Below, piece by piece: positions 23,901 to 37,600 of a stretch of DNA of 64,000 bases. Position numbers and translations under genes: made by a program. The notes beneath the pieces were generated by a model. That model made no database searches and had not been told where the DNA came from. It saw nothing but the letters and a program-made list of their open reading frames with translations. The first letter of the stretch is position 1, and each line of letters begins with the position of its first letter. The stretch comes from Amoebophrya sp. A120 (Eukaryota; Protista; Dinoflagellata), in contig CAJINV010000001.1 of the NCBI GenBank assembly GCA_905178155.1, positions 6,109,860 through 6,173,859 on the forward strand, written 5' to 3'.

Positions 23901-26900
23901 GTGGGCGAGATTCGGGACTATGAGATGGGGGCGATGTTTCTCAACCAGGACTGGAAAAAACTGTTGCTCTGTTTGTGCGAAGTCGTCGGCCGCACGGAGA
24001 AGGAGTTTCGGTTGGAACGTGCCCTGAAAGCCGATGAAGTGATGGAGGCCGCCAGACAATTGCACGCTATGAAAGTAGAGAAGGACGAGAGTAAGAAAGA
24101 CGGCGACCGCCCGGGAGATCTTCACGTCAAAAGCGTTAAAAAAGACAACGTAGACGAGGCCAAAAGTAGTTCGTCTGCAAACGACATCGACCTAGGCTTT
24201 CTGAGCTCTTGGATGGACCGTTCAACGAGAAAGCGGTTGGCTTGCGGGTTGCAGAAATTGTTGGCGATGCACACGAAGGAGCAGGGTGAAGCTAGTAAGA
24301 AGATTCCCGTCAAGAAAAAAATCGCGCGGGAAATTGCTGCGAAAAAGGAGAAACTGGAGTTGAAGATGAGAGAAGAACTGCAGACGCTCTTGCTGCAGCA
24401 GGACAAGGTGTTTTTGGAGGATCGTTTGAAGCACCTGAAAGTGAAAGCGCGGAAAGGTGGACTGCGTAAAAAGAAAAAGAGGGTGGTTGTTGTACGAACG
24501 GCAGAAGAGCCAGCAGATCCGCGTCGTCGCCGGGGAGGGCAGCGTGGAGGAAGTAGAAAGGCAAAAATCGCCGAGCCGCTGGTGCCCATGTCGCCCATTA
24601 TCGAGGAGGAAGGCGTCGAGGACACAACGGGACCGGCCGTCGTGGAAGCAAATGGTCACAAAGGTAGTGACAAAGCCCCAGCAGCGGACGTGGTGCAAGA
24701 TACATCAAAGGAAGAACCTGCTGCGGATTATACCGATGTTGTTCAAGAAGAAACGCATTGCGGCATTGCGCAAGATCAAGATGCTGAAACAGGGTCGCGG
24801 TCTTCGCCAGAACGCACAAATGCAGGTAAGGACATTCCAGGCGATGTCGAACAAGTCGAAAGTGTTCTTGCTCCGGAGCAAGAACAGGAAAAGGCGGTCG
24901 TTTCTCAGGAAGACCAACTCGGCGAGATAGCGCAAGCTGATGAGCAAAAAGATGAAGTGGCAGCGCAAGAATGTGTTGTCGAAACGCCTAGTGCGGAAGA
25001 GACCGCGACCGCGTGCATCCAGGAAGATGGACCCGGAGTTCCTGTAGTTGACGAGGTCCACTGCGGAGGAAGCGCGGAGGCGATGCAGGGGGAGCAACCA
25101 GCACCGGAGGAGGAGGAGACGAGTGATGTGCAAGCTGATGTAGATGAACCGAAAGACGCGGCAGAGGTCGAGGATTCGGAAAATGTAGATGAAGATGATC
25201 ACAAAGTGCAGGGCGAAGCAGGCTTGGCTTTCGACCTGCACGATGGCACCCGACGAAGCGACGGAAAAGATCAAGATTTACAAAATCAAGTCGCAGCTCT
25301 TGAGACTCCGGCTGTGGACGAGGACGAAGCCCCGCGCGCAGCAGGGGACGAGCGTCAGGACGAGCGTCAAGACGGTGCACATTGTAGGAAAGTGTCTGAA
25401 GACGAACTCGGACCAGTTTCTGCCGCAGCAGGGGAACTACCTGGCAGCGAGGCAAACAAGTGCGCCGAAAATCATGATCAAAACGGAGACGTTTCCGCAT
25501 CCGCTGATGAGAAAAATGCGGTGCAAGTCACAGATGTTCAATTGCAATTGCCGGGAGAGGACTACGAAGTCGAGGAACAATGTGCAGCTCGAGCAACTGT
25601 AGAAGACAAAAAAGAAAAAGACGCGGAAGATGTGCAAAGCACAGCCACTGAGCAGGAAAAGGAAAAAGGGCCTGTCTCATCTTCTTCGGATGAGAACGAT
25701 TCGGAGATCGTTGGGCCAGTGGACGATCCAGCCGACAAAGAGGAAAAGGCGGGATCGAACTCGAATTCTTCGACTGCACAGGAGGTCGTCGGGGCACGAC
25801 CTGATGAAGTAGCAGAAGTTCTTGCGAACACAACCGGAGGCAGAGATGCAAAACCTGTGTCCAAAGTTGCAAATGAAATCGAACATCAGGCCGATGAGCA
25901 AGATCCTATCAGTAAGACTGTTTCTGAACCGAAGCAGGAGGCCACGGATTTTCTGTTTCCTCAAGACGCGGCGGATGACAGTCAGGAAGCGCAACTGATG
26001 CTGTCCCGTCGCGAATCTGCGGGAGAGGTTTGCGGTACCTTATCCTCCGATGACGAGCGGATGAGTCTTGGTAGCGGAGATAATTTTTCGGATGGCGGAT
26101 TTGTGTCTCGATTTGGTGATCTGTACAGACTGTTCTCTCCTGTTTCCCGGCGTGATTCGGCTGCGGAGATGCAAGAAGGAGCTGCGGCGGGAGAGGAGGA
26201 GGACAGGATGAGCCTCGGCGGGCAGGAAGGAGAGGATGTACATGCCGCGAAGAAGCCCCCGGCGAAGAAGGTTGAGGAAAAAGACGAACTTGGCACTCCT
26301 GCTGTTCTTCCTGCAGAATCAGAAAAAAAAGTTATGGACATGCCCTCGTCAGATGATGTTCCGGGTTGCGAAAAAGTGGAGCATGAAGCAGAATCTAAGG
26401 ACACGGTGCTCTTGAAGACGAAACCAGAGCCCGCTCCCGAAGTAGAGGATCCGCAGGCAAAAGCCGCTCGCGTCGCGGCTAAACTGCAACAAGAGGCTTC
26501 GGAAGAGGAGCAGGCCCTTCGCGAGACCGAGATGCTGATGCAGGAACTTGCGCGGCAGCGCGCCGAGCTGGAAGCGAAGCGCACGGTGAAGCCAGTCGAG
26601 GGAACTACGTCGCCGCGGAAAGCTTGCGATGATCAAACAGAAGAGCAAAAAGGAACAGCAGCAACGCATAGCTTGGAAAAAACTGAAGACGTAGCGGGAA
26701 TAAACAACAGTGTGGCTGTAGCTTCTTTTGGCGCAGTAGAGGGAAACGGCGAAGGGTAAGCAGCTTTTTCGATCCTGATCCAGTTTCATGCTTTTATCCT
26801 TCGATTGTTCAACCTAACAGAGATGCAAACGGATCCGAATATGCACCTGAATATGAATGAAAACATCGTAGGCGACGTACATACTTACAAGTAAACTACT

Positions 26901-29900
26901 TCAGATCTTCATCTTGCACCACGTCAAGCGACAAGCAGCCTGCAGAGGAGAGTGTAGAAACTTTGGGCGAGACAGCCACAGTGCCTGCGCCAATTGAGAA
27001 GAATTCGAAAATGGATATGTGGCGTGAATTGGCCGCAAAGAGACCGGACATGGTTGCGCACATGCGAAATCTGAAGGCGTTTCGGGCTGACAAGTGCGTT
27101 GGAGCAAACAAGAACTTAGCGCAGACGAACGAGGGGGCGGAGAATCCAGAAGTAGCTGAGACGAACGGGAACGACGAAAACGAAAAGAAAACTTCGCCTC
27201 TAAGCGATCATGCGATCGCAAGTCAGGAGCTTCATGTTGGTGTCGAGAGCCAAAACGTCCAGGATCGGAACGACAGAAAAGATTATACGCAACAGCAGAT
27301 GTCACGGAACAGCCGGAAAGATTACACCCAGCAGGGGGCTCAGAGACACCAGCATATGCAGAACCAAGGCGCAGCCGCAGGCTGGTGGGCGGGTCCACAA
27401 GATTCAGCTGCCGGCGGTCATGCTGGCGGCTGGGGTGCGGCGCAACATTCCCATTCCCAGCATGGACGTGAATCGCAATGGGCACCGCAGCAAAACGACG
27501 GCAACTACAACAAAGCCTCCCCGAACAGTTCGCAACAAGGTACTATCCTAGGGGGGAATAAAAACTGGCCGGGATCGTGGGCGGCGTCACCTGCACAGCA
27601 AGATCAGTACAACCAGCAACAATCCTGGGGGACTTGGTCGGAAGCAAAGGTTAACGCAAGTGATCCAAAAAGCACCAGCTGGAAGAATAGGAACAATGGT
27701 GATTGGTGGTCGCAGGGAAATAACGGTGGTTCCTGGTCCAGCTGGGACAGTAGAAACAACCAGAATTACGGACAGAATCAGAACCAACAAAACTGGTGGT
27801 CTGCTGCTTCGGATGGGGCAAACAACTTGAAGCAGAATCAGGATCATCAGCAGAGGTGGCAATCGTCAACAAACACGGGCAGAAATCAATACCAGCAACA
27901 AAACTCCGACACATCAGCGACAGCTCCTCTAAAGCATGAACGAACTACGCAGGGAGGACAGCACATTCGCACCGGGCAGCAGGGTAGGAAGAATGATAAC
28001 CAAAAAGCTAGTACTGTTTCCAATGACGGCAAGAATGATGTGAATCCAACTCCGTCTCCGACCAGCACTGTGTCTGCACGACCCGTTCTTGCAGCTGAGG
28101 CCGAAATCGCCAAACCCGCAGTGCCGAAATTTGATTGGGCTGCGTACGCAATGAAGCGCAAGGAGCAGGTAGCGAAGGCCGGCCCCGTGAAGCTAGCTGC
28201 CGTAAACAAGGAAAGCACGCAGATGGTTCGAAAAATATACATCAACGTTGCACTCGACCCCGCCCGATACAGGTGCCGGCAGCGCCTGGTGCGGGCCCAT
28301 TTACGCCGACGCCACGCTGTCCGACTTAAGCAGGCTCGCGAAGCAGTTTACGGTGCAGCTGTCGTGGACAAAAAGCAAAACTCGATGCGCGGCCGGAGAA
28401 GCGCGGCGAGGTCTAAGTCCCGTCGAAGCTGCTGCTCAAAAGGCCGCGCTGTTGTTTCTTCTCGACGGGAAACAAGTAAGAAAGGAACAAGGAGCAAAAC
28501 CGCGCGGAAAAATCGCGGTGAAGAAGCCGCGGTGACTATGTTCGATGTTGGGAGGCCGGAGAATGAGAAAATGATGAAGAAGCAAGCCAACATGTATGGA
28601 TTTGACACGGAAAAGCCCGAACAGAAGGACAAGTTCGCGTATTTCGTGGAGAAAGTGCGGAAAGAAGAGTGGAAGGTCGCACTGGATCACGCTTTTGGCG
28701 AGAAGAAGTGGGTGCAAGTCGAAAAACCTGGACCTAAGAAGAAGGAGAAGCGTCCGGTTTGGGACCCAAAGAAAGGACGGGAGTTTTGGCGTCACGTGAC
28801 CGTACCAAATTACGAGTGGGTGGAGAAATCTACGCTGAAAAGGGATATTCCGGACCGCCGGGCGTTTGAGGTCGAGAAGCTGTTGCTCCAACTGAAGGAC
28901 GGCAAGAAGACGCTGAAAGAAGTGCTGCAGCAGAAACTGTTACAGGGGAAGAAAACGAAAGCGTCCTCTGCCTCCCGCGCTGTTTCATCTAGTGCAACCA
29001 GCGCAGCTGGGGCAGCCGCGACGACCGCTGGTGACCACGACAAGGACCGACTACACCAGTTATGCAATTGGCACATGACGCGAACCTGGCTCCAGAGTGT
29101 GCAGCGTCTGGTGTGGAACCACGTTGCGAGCGTGCGCTTAGAGCGCAATGGTACCTCCATCGAGGTTGGAGACGTGTTGCGGTACCCGGATGGCACCCTG
29201 CGGCAGGTCACGGAGCGGGATGTGGAAAAACCGAACGCGGAGAAACTTCTCCGGCTAGTCGCGTTGCCGCTGCCAGGTATAGGTAACATCAAGTGAGATC
29301 CTGATATAATAAAATATGATTCGTTGCTCATGAACACTGGCTGCACGCTTTGATACTTCTAGTCGTGAAGGAGAAGGTGAAAACGAACACGAAGGTAACA
29401 AACAGCAGAATTTTTTACTGCACTCACGCACTTCTACCTACAGGTAAGACCATTCCCGTGCTCCAGTATCCGACGAACTTAGTATCTGTCTACGAGGACT
29501 TTTTGCGGGGGGAGCTCGGTATCACCGACGGATTGAAATCCTTCGGGAAACGATACTGGGGTAAGGAGGCGGTGCACGTGAAAGGGAAGTGGCGGTATCT
29601 GTTCTACCGCCCCGTGGAGCGCGTGACGTTTCAGCTTCTTGACGGCACGGTTCCTCGTTTTGAAGATGTTGTCTCCGAAAACAGGGTGGCTCCGATGGAA
29701 AGCAAGACAGAAGATGAAACTCAAGAAACTGCTACTTTAGTACCGCCGATGGAGAAGGAGAACGACGTGGATGCCAAACTCGAAGAAACTTCCGCCCCAA
29801 TTGCTGGAAATAACTTGGCTCAGCAGAATGTTGCCGAAGATGGTAGGGGATCAACGCTCCTCGTTGGACCGGGAATGCAGAGTCTGTTGAAGAAAGCAGG

Positions 29901-30114
29901 CCCGAAGAAGTGCGCTGCAACCCCGCTGCTACTATTCGACGACGAAACTGATAATGATAATTTCGGCGGAAAGCTAGAGGACGAATCCGAAAACTCCGCC
30001 GCAGACGCCACGCAGGTAGCGCTGAAGGTGAAGTTTGAAATGAAGCGGAATCGTGCGAAAAATAGTGACTGCGCTGCCTTTTTGCGAGAACTGTGCCAAT
30101 CGTTTTCACCGTAA
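20949..30114 (+). CDS. Giant (about 2950 aa) PUS7/TruD-family pseudouridine synthase-like protein, apparently lacking the catalytic Asp; introns 26756-26904 and 29277-29443
   Basis: Collinear TruD blocks: LTNAEVGITRSVS...FRAIL...DYWFTEV; CKLYCQDANTSHAV; HTLFLRDL; GVPNFFPANRF; WLQSVQRLVWNHVASVRL...VGDVL; VALPLPG; GKWRYLFYRP; ALKVKFEM...AFLREL. These are separated by very large low-complexity inserts. Confidence 0.8.
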
Positions 30115-30820
30115 AATGTTGTAGGCTAGAACTACGAAGTACAAAAAGAAAAATTAGCGACAGCCACAGCATTCACAAATTTTGCGTACAACGACATGCG
30201 TGTTGAAATAAAAATCTTGGTCGTGTTGCACGACGACATCGATTTTGAAAAAATAGTGACCACCTGTTGGAAGTGGGCTACGATGCTCGTTTCATCATAT
30301 CATCTTCCGCTTCAAGGCATGCAACCCTTGCAAGTGAGAATCATGTTGCTTTGAGTGCTTGTTCAGTTTTGTCGTGCTAGCGCGCTCTTTGTCTTTTTAA
30401 TAAGTCAAGAAAAGGAAGTTGATAGAAAAATTGGATATGACATAATATGATGACTCAACATCAACAGCACACCGTCGTTTTCGCTCGTCACATAGGTTTC
30501 ATCGTCTTCCTGTACTCCGTTTCTTGTCGACAATTATCAAACTTTTGCGCTGATAACATCGGTGCTGTTTGTCAAAAGTGATGAACTTGACGCTGTAGGT
30601 TGCAGCATCTTGACTTGCACGAAAGTTGTAGTCGATGCTCTATTTTCGTGTACTACTAGGTAGAAGTCGACCCTGGAACAAAGTTACAGAATAAAAGAGG
30701 TGCTCTTCTTCATCTTTGGTCAATTTCTACAACCACGCATAAAAAAATCATCATGAGCCTTCACCTTCTATTGAACACCGCTGCAGGAGGCTCATAATAG
30801 GAGTGTGTGCTCGCAGCAGA

Positions 30821-33800
30821 ATGGGTGGTGGCCGAGGCAAGGGTGGTTTGCTAGCGCGCGGTCGGTCAAACCCGGTCGCACAAAACTCCACGCAGAGCAG
30901 CGAGGCCCAGCGTTTGCGGAAGGAAAAAGAGGAACTTGAAAAGAAGCTTCGTGATGTCACCAAGGAGCGGGACAGGTGGCTTCGAAAATACTCCACGGTA
31001 CTCTACTTCTCATGCTGTTGAAGTATTGGATTGAGTTTACTAGCTGTGTTGCCTCGACGTTCTGGAAATTTATCGAACAAGTACAAGTGTTTAAATGGTG
31101 GCTAGTACAGGTGTCTGTTGTGCGCCTGCGAGTTCCTACTTTCGATGTTCTTCAGAATCAACAATCGTCGTGCTGCAAGCAGCTTTCGACGAAATAGAAG
31201 AAGTGCAGAAAAATGCATCAATCTAATACTAGGCTGTGCCGAAAGACAAGGAGGCTGCGAAGCGATGGGGCGAGATTAAGAGCGGAGCTGGGGAGGGCGA
31301 TGCCAAGCGCAAGAACTTTTTCGAGCGCATGGAGCAACATACCGGCGGCCACGGCACAAACAGCGCACGACGGCACGACCGCGCCCCCTCCAACAGCGGT
31401 CCTATGCCCCTTATGGACCTGGAACCTCCCAGTTCCAGTATTGTGAATAATCAGAACAACAACCCCATCAACATGTTGGTTGCGGTTCCCGCGGTCAAAG
31501 GACCAGACACACGCGACATGACGGCGGAACTGCAGGAGTACTTCGAAAATCTACAGAGGGAAAAACCTGATAGAGGTGCGGCCGCCGCAGCCGTAGAAAA
31601 TTATCAAAATGCTGCAGGAGCGGGGGTAGCAGGAGCTTCATCATCCTCCAATACGACCGCTGACAACGCTGCAGGGGAGACCACGCTGGTTGCTTTCGAG
31701 AGCACTACTGCTGGTGGTCAACATCAGCCTTGCTCCAGTACTTCTTCCAGTTCTTCATCTTCTTCATCCTCCGGAGCTGCTGCAAAAAGGACTACAACCA
31801 CCAGCTACCCAAACTTCCTCGACCTCCCCAACTTATTCCGGAGCTTTCGGGATCGGGCCAGTTACGAGATGACGCAAGCGGTGAAGTTTCTCCTGCATGA
31901 GGACGAGTGCTTTTTCGGCGAAGAGTTGCCGCAGGACCGGGACGAGGAGCAGTTCCCGGGACAGTCGGGGCAAGAGCAATACGTGCACTTGCTGATCTCC
32001 TACGCGATTCTCTGTCTAGAGGGGGTTCGAGTCCACAAGTTCCAAGAAGCGGCCAACGAGGAGGAGAAGTGTACTAACGCGAATGGCGAGGGCAGTGCCG
32101 AGGCCGGCGGGGGCGTACACAGCATGCAGGGTAGTAGCCACATTTCCGCGAAGAAAATGGGCAAGAAAATGCGATCCAGCAGCCGGAAAAATCCGAGGGT
32201 GCTGAGCGGAAAGATCTCGGAAATCAACGACGAATCGCGCGGATTGACGAGCGTGATGTCCCCCGAGGACGAGGAGGAGGAGGAGGAAGCCGAGCACATG
32301 GACGTCCAGTGCCTGCTGCGGAGAGCAGGCGAGTTTCTGTACGCGGCGCAAGTCGACATGGACGAGCTGGCGGCGAATTTTCCAAAGCAGTACATGCCTC
32401 TGAACGAATTCGTCAAGCGGGTTCTGCAACCGTTCTACCTGGGTCTGCTGCTCGAAAAGAAACTTCTGCAGGACCAGATGCTCGGCCCACCCGCGGTCTT
32501 GCCGCCGGAGACCATCGAGCTGCGGAAGAACGAGCCGTTGAAGCGGGACGAGAGCGGCAATTTGCTCGTCACCGGCGTGGAGAAGTTATCGCCCTGCCGG
32601 CAGTACGTTTTGACGCGGCCCAAATTCACGCCGAAGATGATGCGCCTGCTCTGCGAGGGGTGGTTCGACTACAGCGACAGTGAGGGGGAGGAAATGAACC
32701 CGCCGCGGCAGGGCGAGAAGGAGCCCGGATCCATCATGCAGTCGATTTCGGCCTCGTCGTTCATGCAGCAAACTGCCTCACGTGGCCGACAGGGGTTCCG
32801 GGAACTCCCCTCCTGCTCCGTAAGCGGCGCACCTCCTGGAGCCGACCCATACCAAAAGAAGCGAGCTGCGGTACCGCAGAACATCCGGGAGGCGGTTTCG
32901 CAGGGGAAGCACAAAGAGGTACAGTTGCGATGCTCATGTTTTCTTTCAGCCGAATAAAGGGAGTCGGGTAAGTATGCAATTATGCTTCACCCACCCGCCA
33001 CCGCCCGTACCTTTTCTTCACAAAATAAAACAGAAACGCATCAAGAACACGGTGACCGACGGGAAGTTGCAGGCAACGAAGACCTTTCTCGGTGCGGATC
33101 GTGAGGGTGCAAGCGAGGCCCGTCATGCCATAACGGGTAAGGACGAGCGGCGACTTGGGAAGAAGATGCCGACTCTGAATGAAAACGACATGATCATCGA
33201 GCACACGGCAGGCGCGTCCCCGTCACAGGAACAAAGTGAAGACCTGGAAGACATGTTAAGCCGAATGGACCGGGATGAAATGAATATGAACCGCGAGGCC
33301 TCGTCTTCCGCCTCTGCGTCAGCCGCCGGCGGGGAGCCCCGAAGTGCGTCTGGACTGGAATTTGCCCCGGTGACGAGAAGTGCGTTAGCCAGACAAGGAT
33401 CTTCCTCGGGAATGATGCTCGTCGGCGCTTCCAGCAGCAACGTGAGCTCGGTTGCCTCCAATTCGTCCCATGGTAATCATGTCTCACATCAGCAGCCGCA
33501 GACGCAGACGCTGTCGACCAGATTTCCGGCGCAAACGGCAACGACTAGTACCATCACACACCAGGCGCACAACAAGCAGAAGTGGAGGAATAAACAGTTG
33601 AACAGAAATGAGAGTATCTTTTCAGCGCAAGCAGATTCCCCCCTTGTGCCGCCGCGGCCGCCGATGCAACTCTCCAAGAACGTGTTGGACGATGATCCGT
33701 CTTTAAGGGCGGCCGCTCCGCCCGGCGGCAACAAAAGGCCCGCTCCCGCCGGGGCTGCAGCGACGTCGTCACAAGAAGACGGAGGGGGCAGCAACGAGCA

Positions 33801-33888
33801 GGCACAGCAACAGCTGCAGCAACGGGGCGGGCCAAAGAAGCAACGGAAAATGGCTCCGAATTGGAGCAAAGTTGCGAATAAAAAGTAA
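30821..33888 (+). CDS. Hypothetical protein (short N-terminal coiled coil, low-complexity regions); introns 30998-31232 and 32919-33033
   Basis: Three ORF segments are joined in phase 0 by GT-AG introns (KYST|AVPKD; KHKE|KRIKN). No family recognised. Confidence 0.65.
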
Positions 33889-34622
33889 TTGTAAAAATGG
33901 AGACTGGAAAGTCCTTACTCAAGCATGTGCTACACGTTCACCTCGTGGTGGATGCATCAAGTCTAAAGTAGCAACAGCACGGCACCGTCATCTTGACGCT
34001 GGTGTGGACGTGATACCCATGAGTGCGAGTGCTCTCATGGTCAGCACAATCTCATTTGTGTGTTCGCCCTTGATGTCTCCAGTCGTGAGCTGTGGGTTTG
34101 TATTGGACAAACGGCAACCGTAACAAAAATAACTCAACGTGTTGCTTATCATCATCTTGAACTTGATCGACAGTACAAATACAATTCTTCAAACTTCGCT
34201 TCTGAGAGAGCGCAGCGGGCCGGAGCCCGTACATATCGACGCTGTGAGAACTGAAACTCAAAAAGATAAAGAAGTGCTTCGGAGTTGTACTACTTCCTGA
34301 GAAGTTGAGGGAATCGTGAGAGCATGGAGTATTGACGCAATTACTTCTGAGGGTAGACGTACTTAGTTGTCGGGCAAGCGAAACACGAAACTCCTGGACA
34401 ACAGGACACCATCAAGAGCGGAGCCTCTCCTCAAATTGTTCTTCCCAGCTGTAATTTTAGCCAAGGCTTTTTTTCGAAGTTAAGTACCACATTTTATCGT
34501 TTTGCTCGTTGTACCAAAAATTTGTTCTTGAATTCGCTTAATCTCTAAATTGCAAAAAAACAAAATGTTTCCTAGTTTTCCATGGCCAAGCAAAGCCGCG
34601 ACCTAGCGCTCTCTATTGCGTC

Positions 34623-37600
34623 ATGACGCTCCGCACGTCACTTGTGCTTGGCGCGTTTGTGTCGCTCATTTGCGACCCGCCCGGGGTAGTTCTTGCGAGC
34701 GGAGATGTTGCAGATCAAGCGGCAACAAGAACGACCGACACTGCGCTCCCACCTCGTGTTGAGCCAGCAGCCGTGCCTGTTCTGCCTACAACTAGGCTGA
34801 TTCCGACGATAGAAGCTCATGCCGGTGCGACAGAAGATGTAGATGGAACAACCGTAAGTTCCACAACAACTGCAAACCCGAACGCGTGGCGCAAACCGCT
34901 ATCCTGGACGATCCCTCGCGAGCAGCACCAGGAATGGGCCGCCAGGACGGGCATGCCTGCAATTTTGACGCACGAGTTTTGCTGGGAGCTGGCTGCGCAG
35001 AACAGAGAAAAGTTTGAGAGGCTGCGAAAATTAGGCGAATTGCAAAGGTCCACGCCGCTTCCAACGGGGGCGGAGCGAAGGAAGCTCGCCGCCGCGAACA
35101 GTGCAGCGCACGGCGGTCGGGCTGCTCTAGATCCGAAATGGCATGAGGAGATGCTGCGTGACGCCGAGGCGCATCGCGCCGGCGAGAAGCGGCGAATGGA
35201 GGAGCGAGACCAAGACGCATTTCGAGGAGTCCCAACCTCCTTCTCGCCAGGCCAGGAGGACGAATTCTGGCAGCCATTCGGGGATCTAGGAAAGTATTTG
35301 CCATATGCATATTGTTCGATCCAGTGTTCTTGAGAAGGAACGAAAAAAATCTGAGCGTCAGCACCATCCTAATCTCACCAGAATGGCTATAATGACCGAA
35401 AACGAATAAAAGTAAAACCGCTACCATCGAATTCTTCATCTTCAGGTATTGTGAGCAATACTCGGGAATGCATCCGTCCGCGAGGGGTATGACGTACATG
35501 GAGCGCATGCGTATGGCGAGGGGAATCATCCTTGAGACTTTGCTCGCGAAAAACCAACACGCCGAGGAGGCGGCGAGGGCGGCGGCAAAGGAAGAATTCC
35601 TTCCACAGCGAAGAAGGCTGGAAGAGGTGCGCGGAACCTTGCGAAGTCTGCGAGCAAACGAGGAGGAGAATCGGCAGCTAAAAATTGCAGAAGAAGAGGA
35701 CTCGTCTGCCAAAAAAAGTGCTGACCAGCAGAAAAAAAATCTAGAAAACGAAGAGCGCGAACTTGCCGACCTGGTGAAGCGCGAGGAGGACGCGTACATG
35801 GAAAGAGAACACCGCCCGTTTATCGGCATAAAACTCGACCCCACACCGCTGAAAGTGAAAGAGGACATGGAGAAGCGCGAAAGACAAGCAGCCCTGCAGA
35901 AACAGTGGGAGGAAAATAGGGACTCGTTTCTTCGAGGCGGCATGCGGGCTGGAGTCGATGACAAAGAAGAAAGACAAAAGAGGAAAAGGGCCGCTGCGAG
36001 GAAACAAGCAAGTGCAATAGGTATTAGCGGTGTAGTAGTAGGCGCAGCACGAGATGAAAACTTTGAGGACCTGAAAATCGGTGGCTCACAACATGCAGTG
36101 ACGGCAGGAGTGGGGGAGCAGTTGTCAGTTGGAGGTTCTTCGGCTGCACCAACAGCAGATGAAAACGAAGCGTCCGTACTTGCTGCCCTTCGGAACTGGT
36201 TCGTTGCGATCGTCTCTAACTTGCACGCAACTGTCCTTGATCTTTCCGCTATCACATCACCTAACGATGCATCATCAACACCTGCGAGAGAACAAGAAGA
36301 AAACTACAGGGACGGACTGCTCCACAAGGAAGACTGGGCTGTGAATCCCGCGGATCTGTTCACGCACACCGAGAACGCTGATGGTTTTTTTGTTCCGGCA
36401 GATCTTGACAAGCAGCTGCGGAAGCCGCACACAAGAAAGCTAGCTGCCAGAATACGGGCTGATGAAACGGAAACGAAAAATCATAAACGAAATCTACAAG
36501 AATCGGGGGCACCAGCCACAGCACATCTAAAAAAAAACGCCGAAGAACCAGTCGCTCCGCGGACGCCCGCGTCGAGCGCGTCCTCGGCACAACTGGTACC
36601 AGCCGGCGCAGCACCTTCAGCAGCTGCGTCCTCGCATGACGAAGAGCTCCCTACGTTTTCTGCTACTGGTACGTGCGTACCCAGCTTTGATCATGACCTT
36701 TTTACCGAAGATCCTCGTGAACTAGAAGCTCATGTTGACCGGCATGACAACTCGGAAAGAACCCCCGATAAAAGCACCACCCGGCGCTGCCTGCAGTCGG
36801 GCGACATCAGACAGATCGGAATTGTGAACAACATGCCAAACCAGACTTTGGTGAAGAAAATCACGGTGGGTAACGTGGTCTACAACGCGAACGAAATTCC
36901 CATCCGCAACCGCATCCCCATTCCAGAGCTGCTGAAGGACGACAACAGCAACAGCAACGACCCGCAGCTGCAGGCGGACGACAATCCGTACCTCACTTCC
37001 TTCACGCTCTACAACTTCGAGGCCAAGGCCTCCCTGGTGATGCACCAGCGCCGCGGCAGCATTTTTCTCTACGACGTGGATTCCAGCACCTACGACGACG
37101 TCCCGCGCGGGGTGGACTTCAACGAGGTGCTGCCCCCGGCGATGCGGTTCCGTTTTCACTCCTGCAAGGAAAACAACGCGTTTTGCCACGTGCAGATGTC
37201 CACGTACATCGACCAGGGCCTGGTCGTGCTGGACCGGCACCGGATGATGATCGTAAAATACCCGTGGTCCACGTTCGCCGGCGTCGACCGGGTGTACGAC
37301 AAGACGGTGGAGGACATGGTGCTCCGCATGCCGCAGCTCAGCATTTTTGGTACCATGGACATCGCGGGCGCCGGCAACCTCGGCCTGCAGTCGGCGGAAG
37401 CGGTCTTGCGGTACCAGACCCACTCCGACATGGTGTTTGTCGAGCGGATCGACGCGTTCACGCCGGGACATTCCATCGCTAACCCGGATATCCTGTGCAA
37501 AAGTATCGTACTCGTACCAACTGCAGTCATGCAAGACAATTTTTTTTTTTTAAGCTAAATAAGCATGAGAAATTCCACTTCTCATGCTGAGCTAGATTTG

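Noticed and set aside
35294-35450. GTATT direct repeat at both borders of an intron, as a possible introner
   Set aside because: No TIR and no ATA end. Consistent with an ordinary AG|GT proto-splice context.
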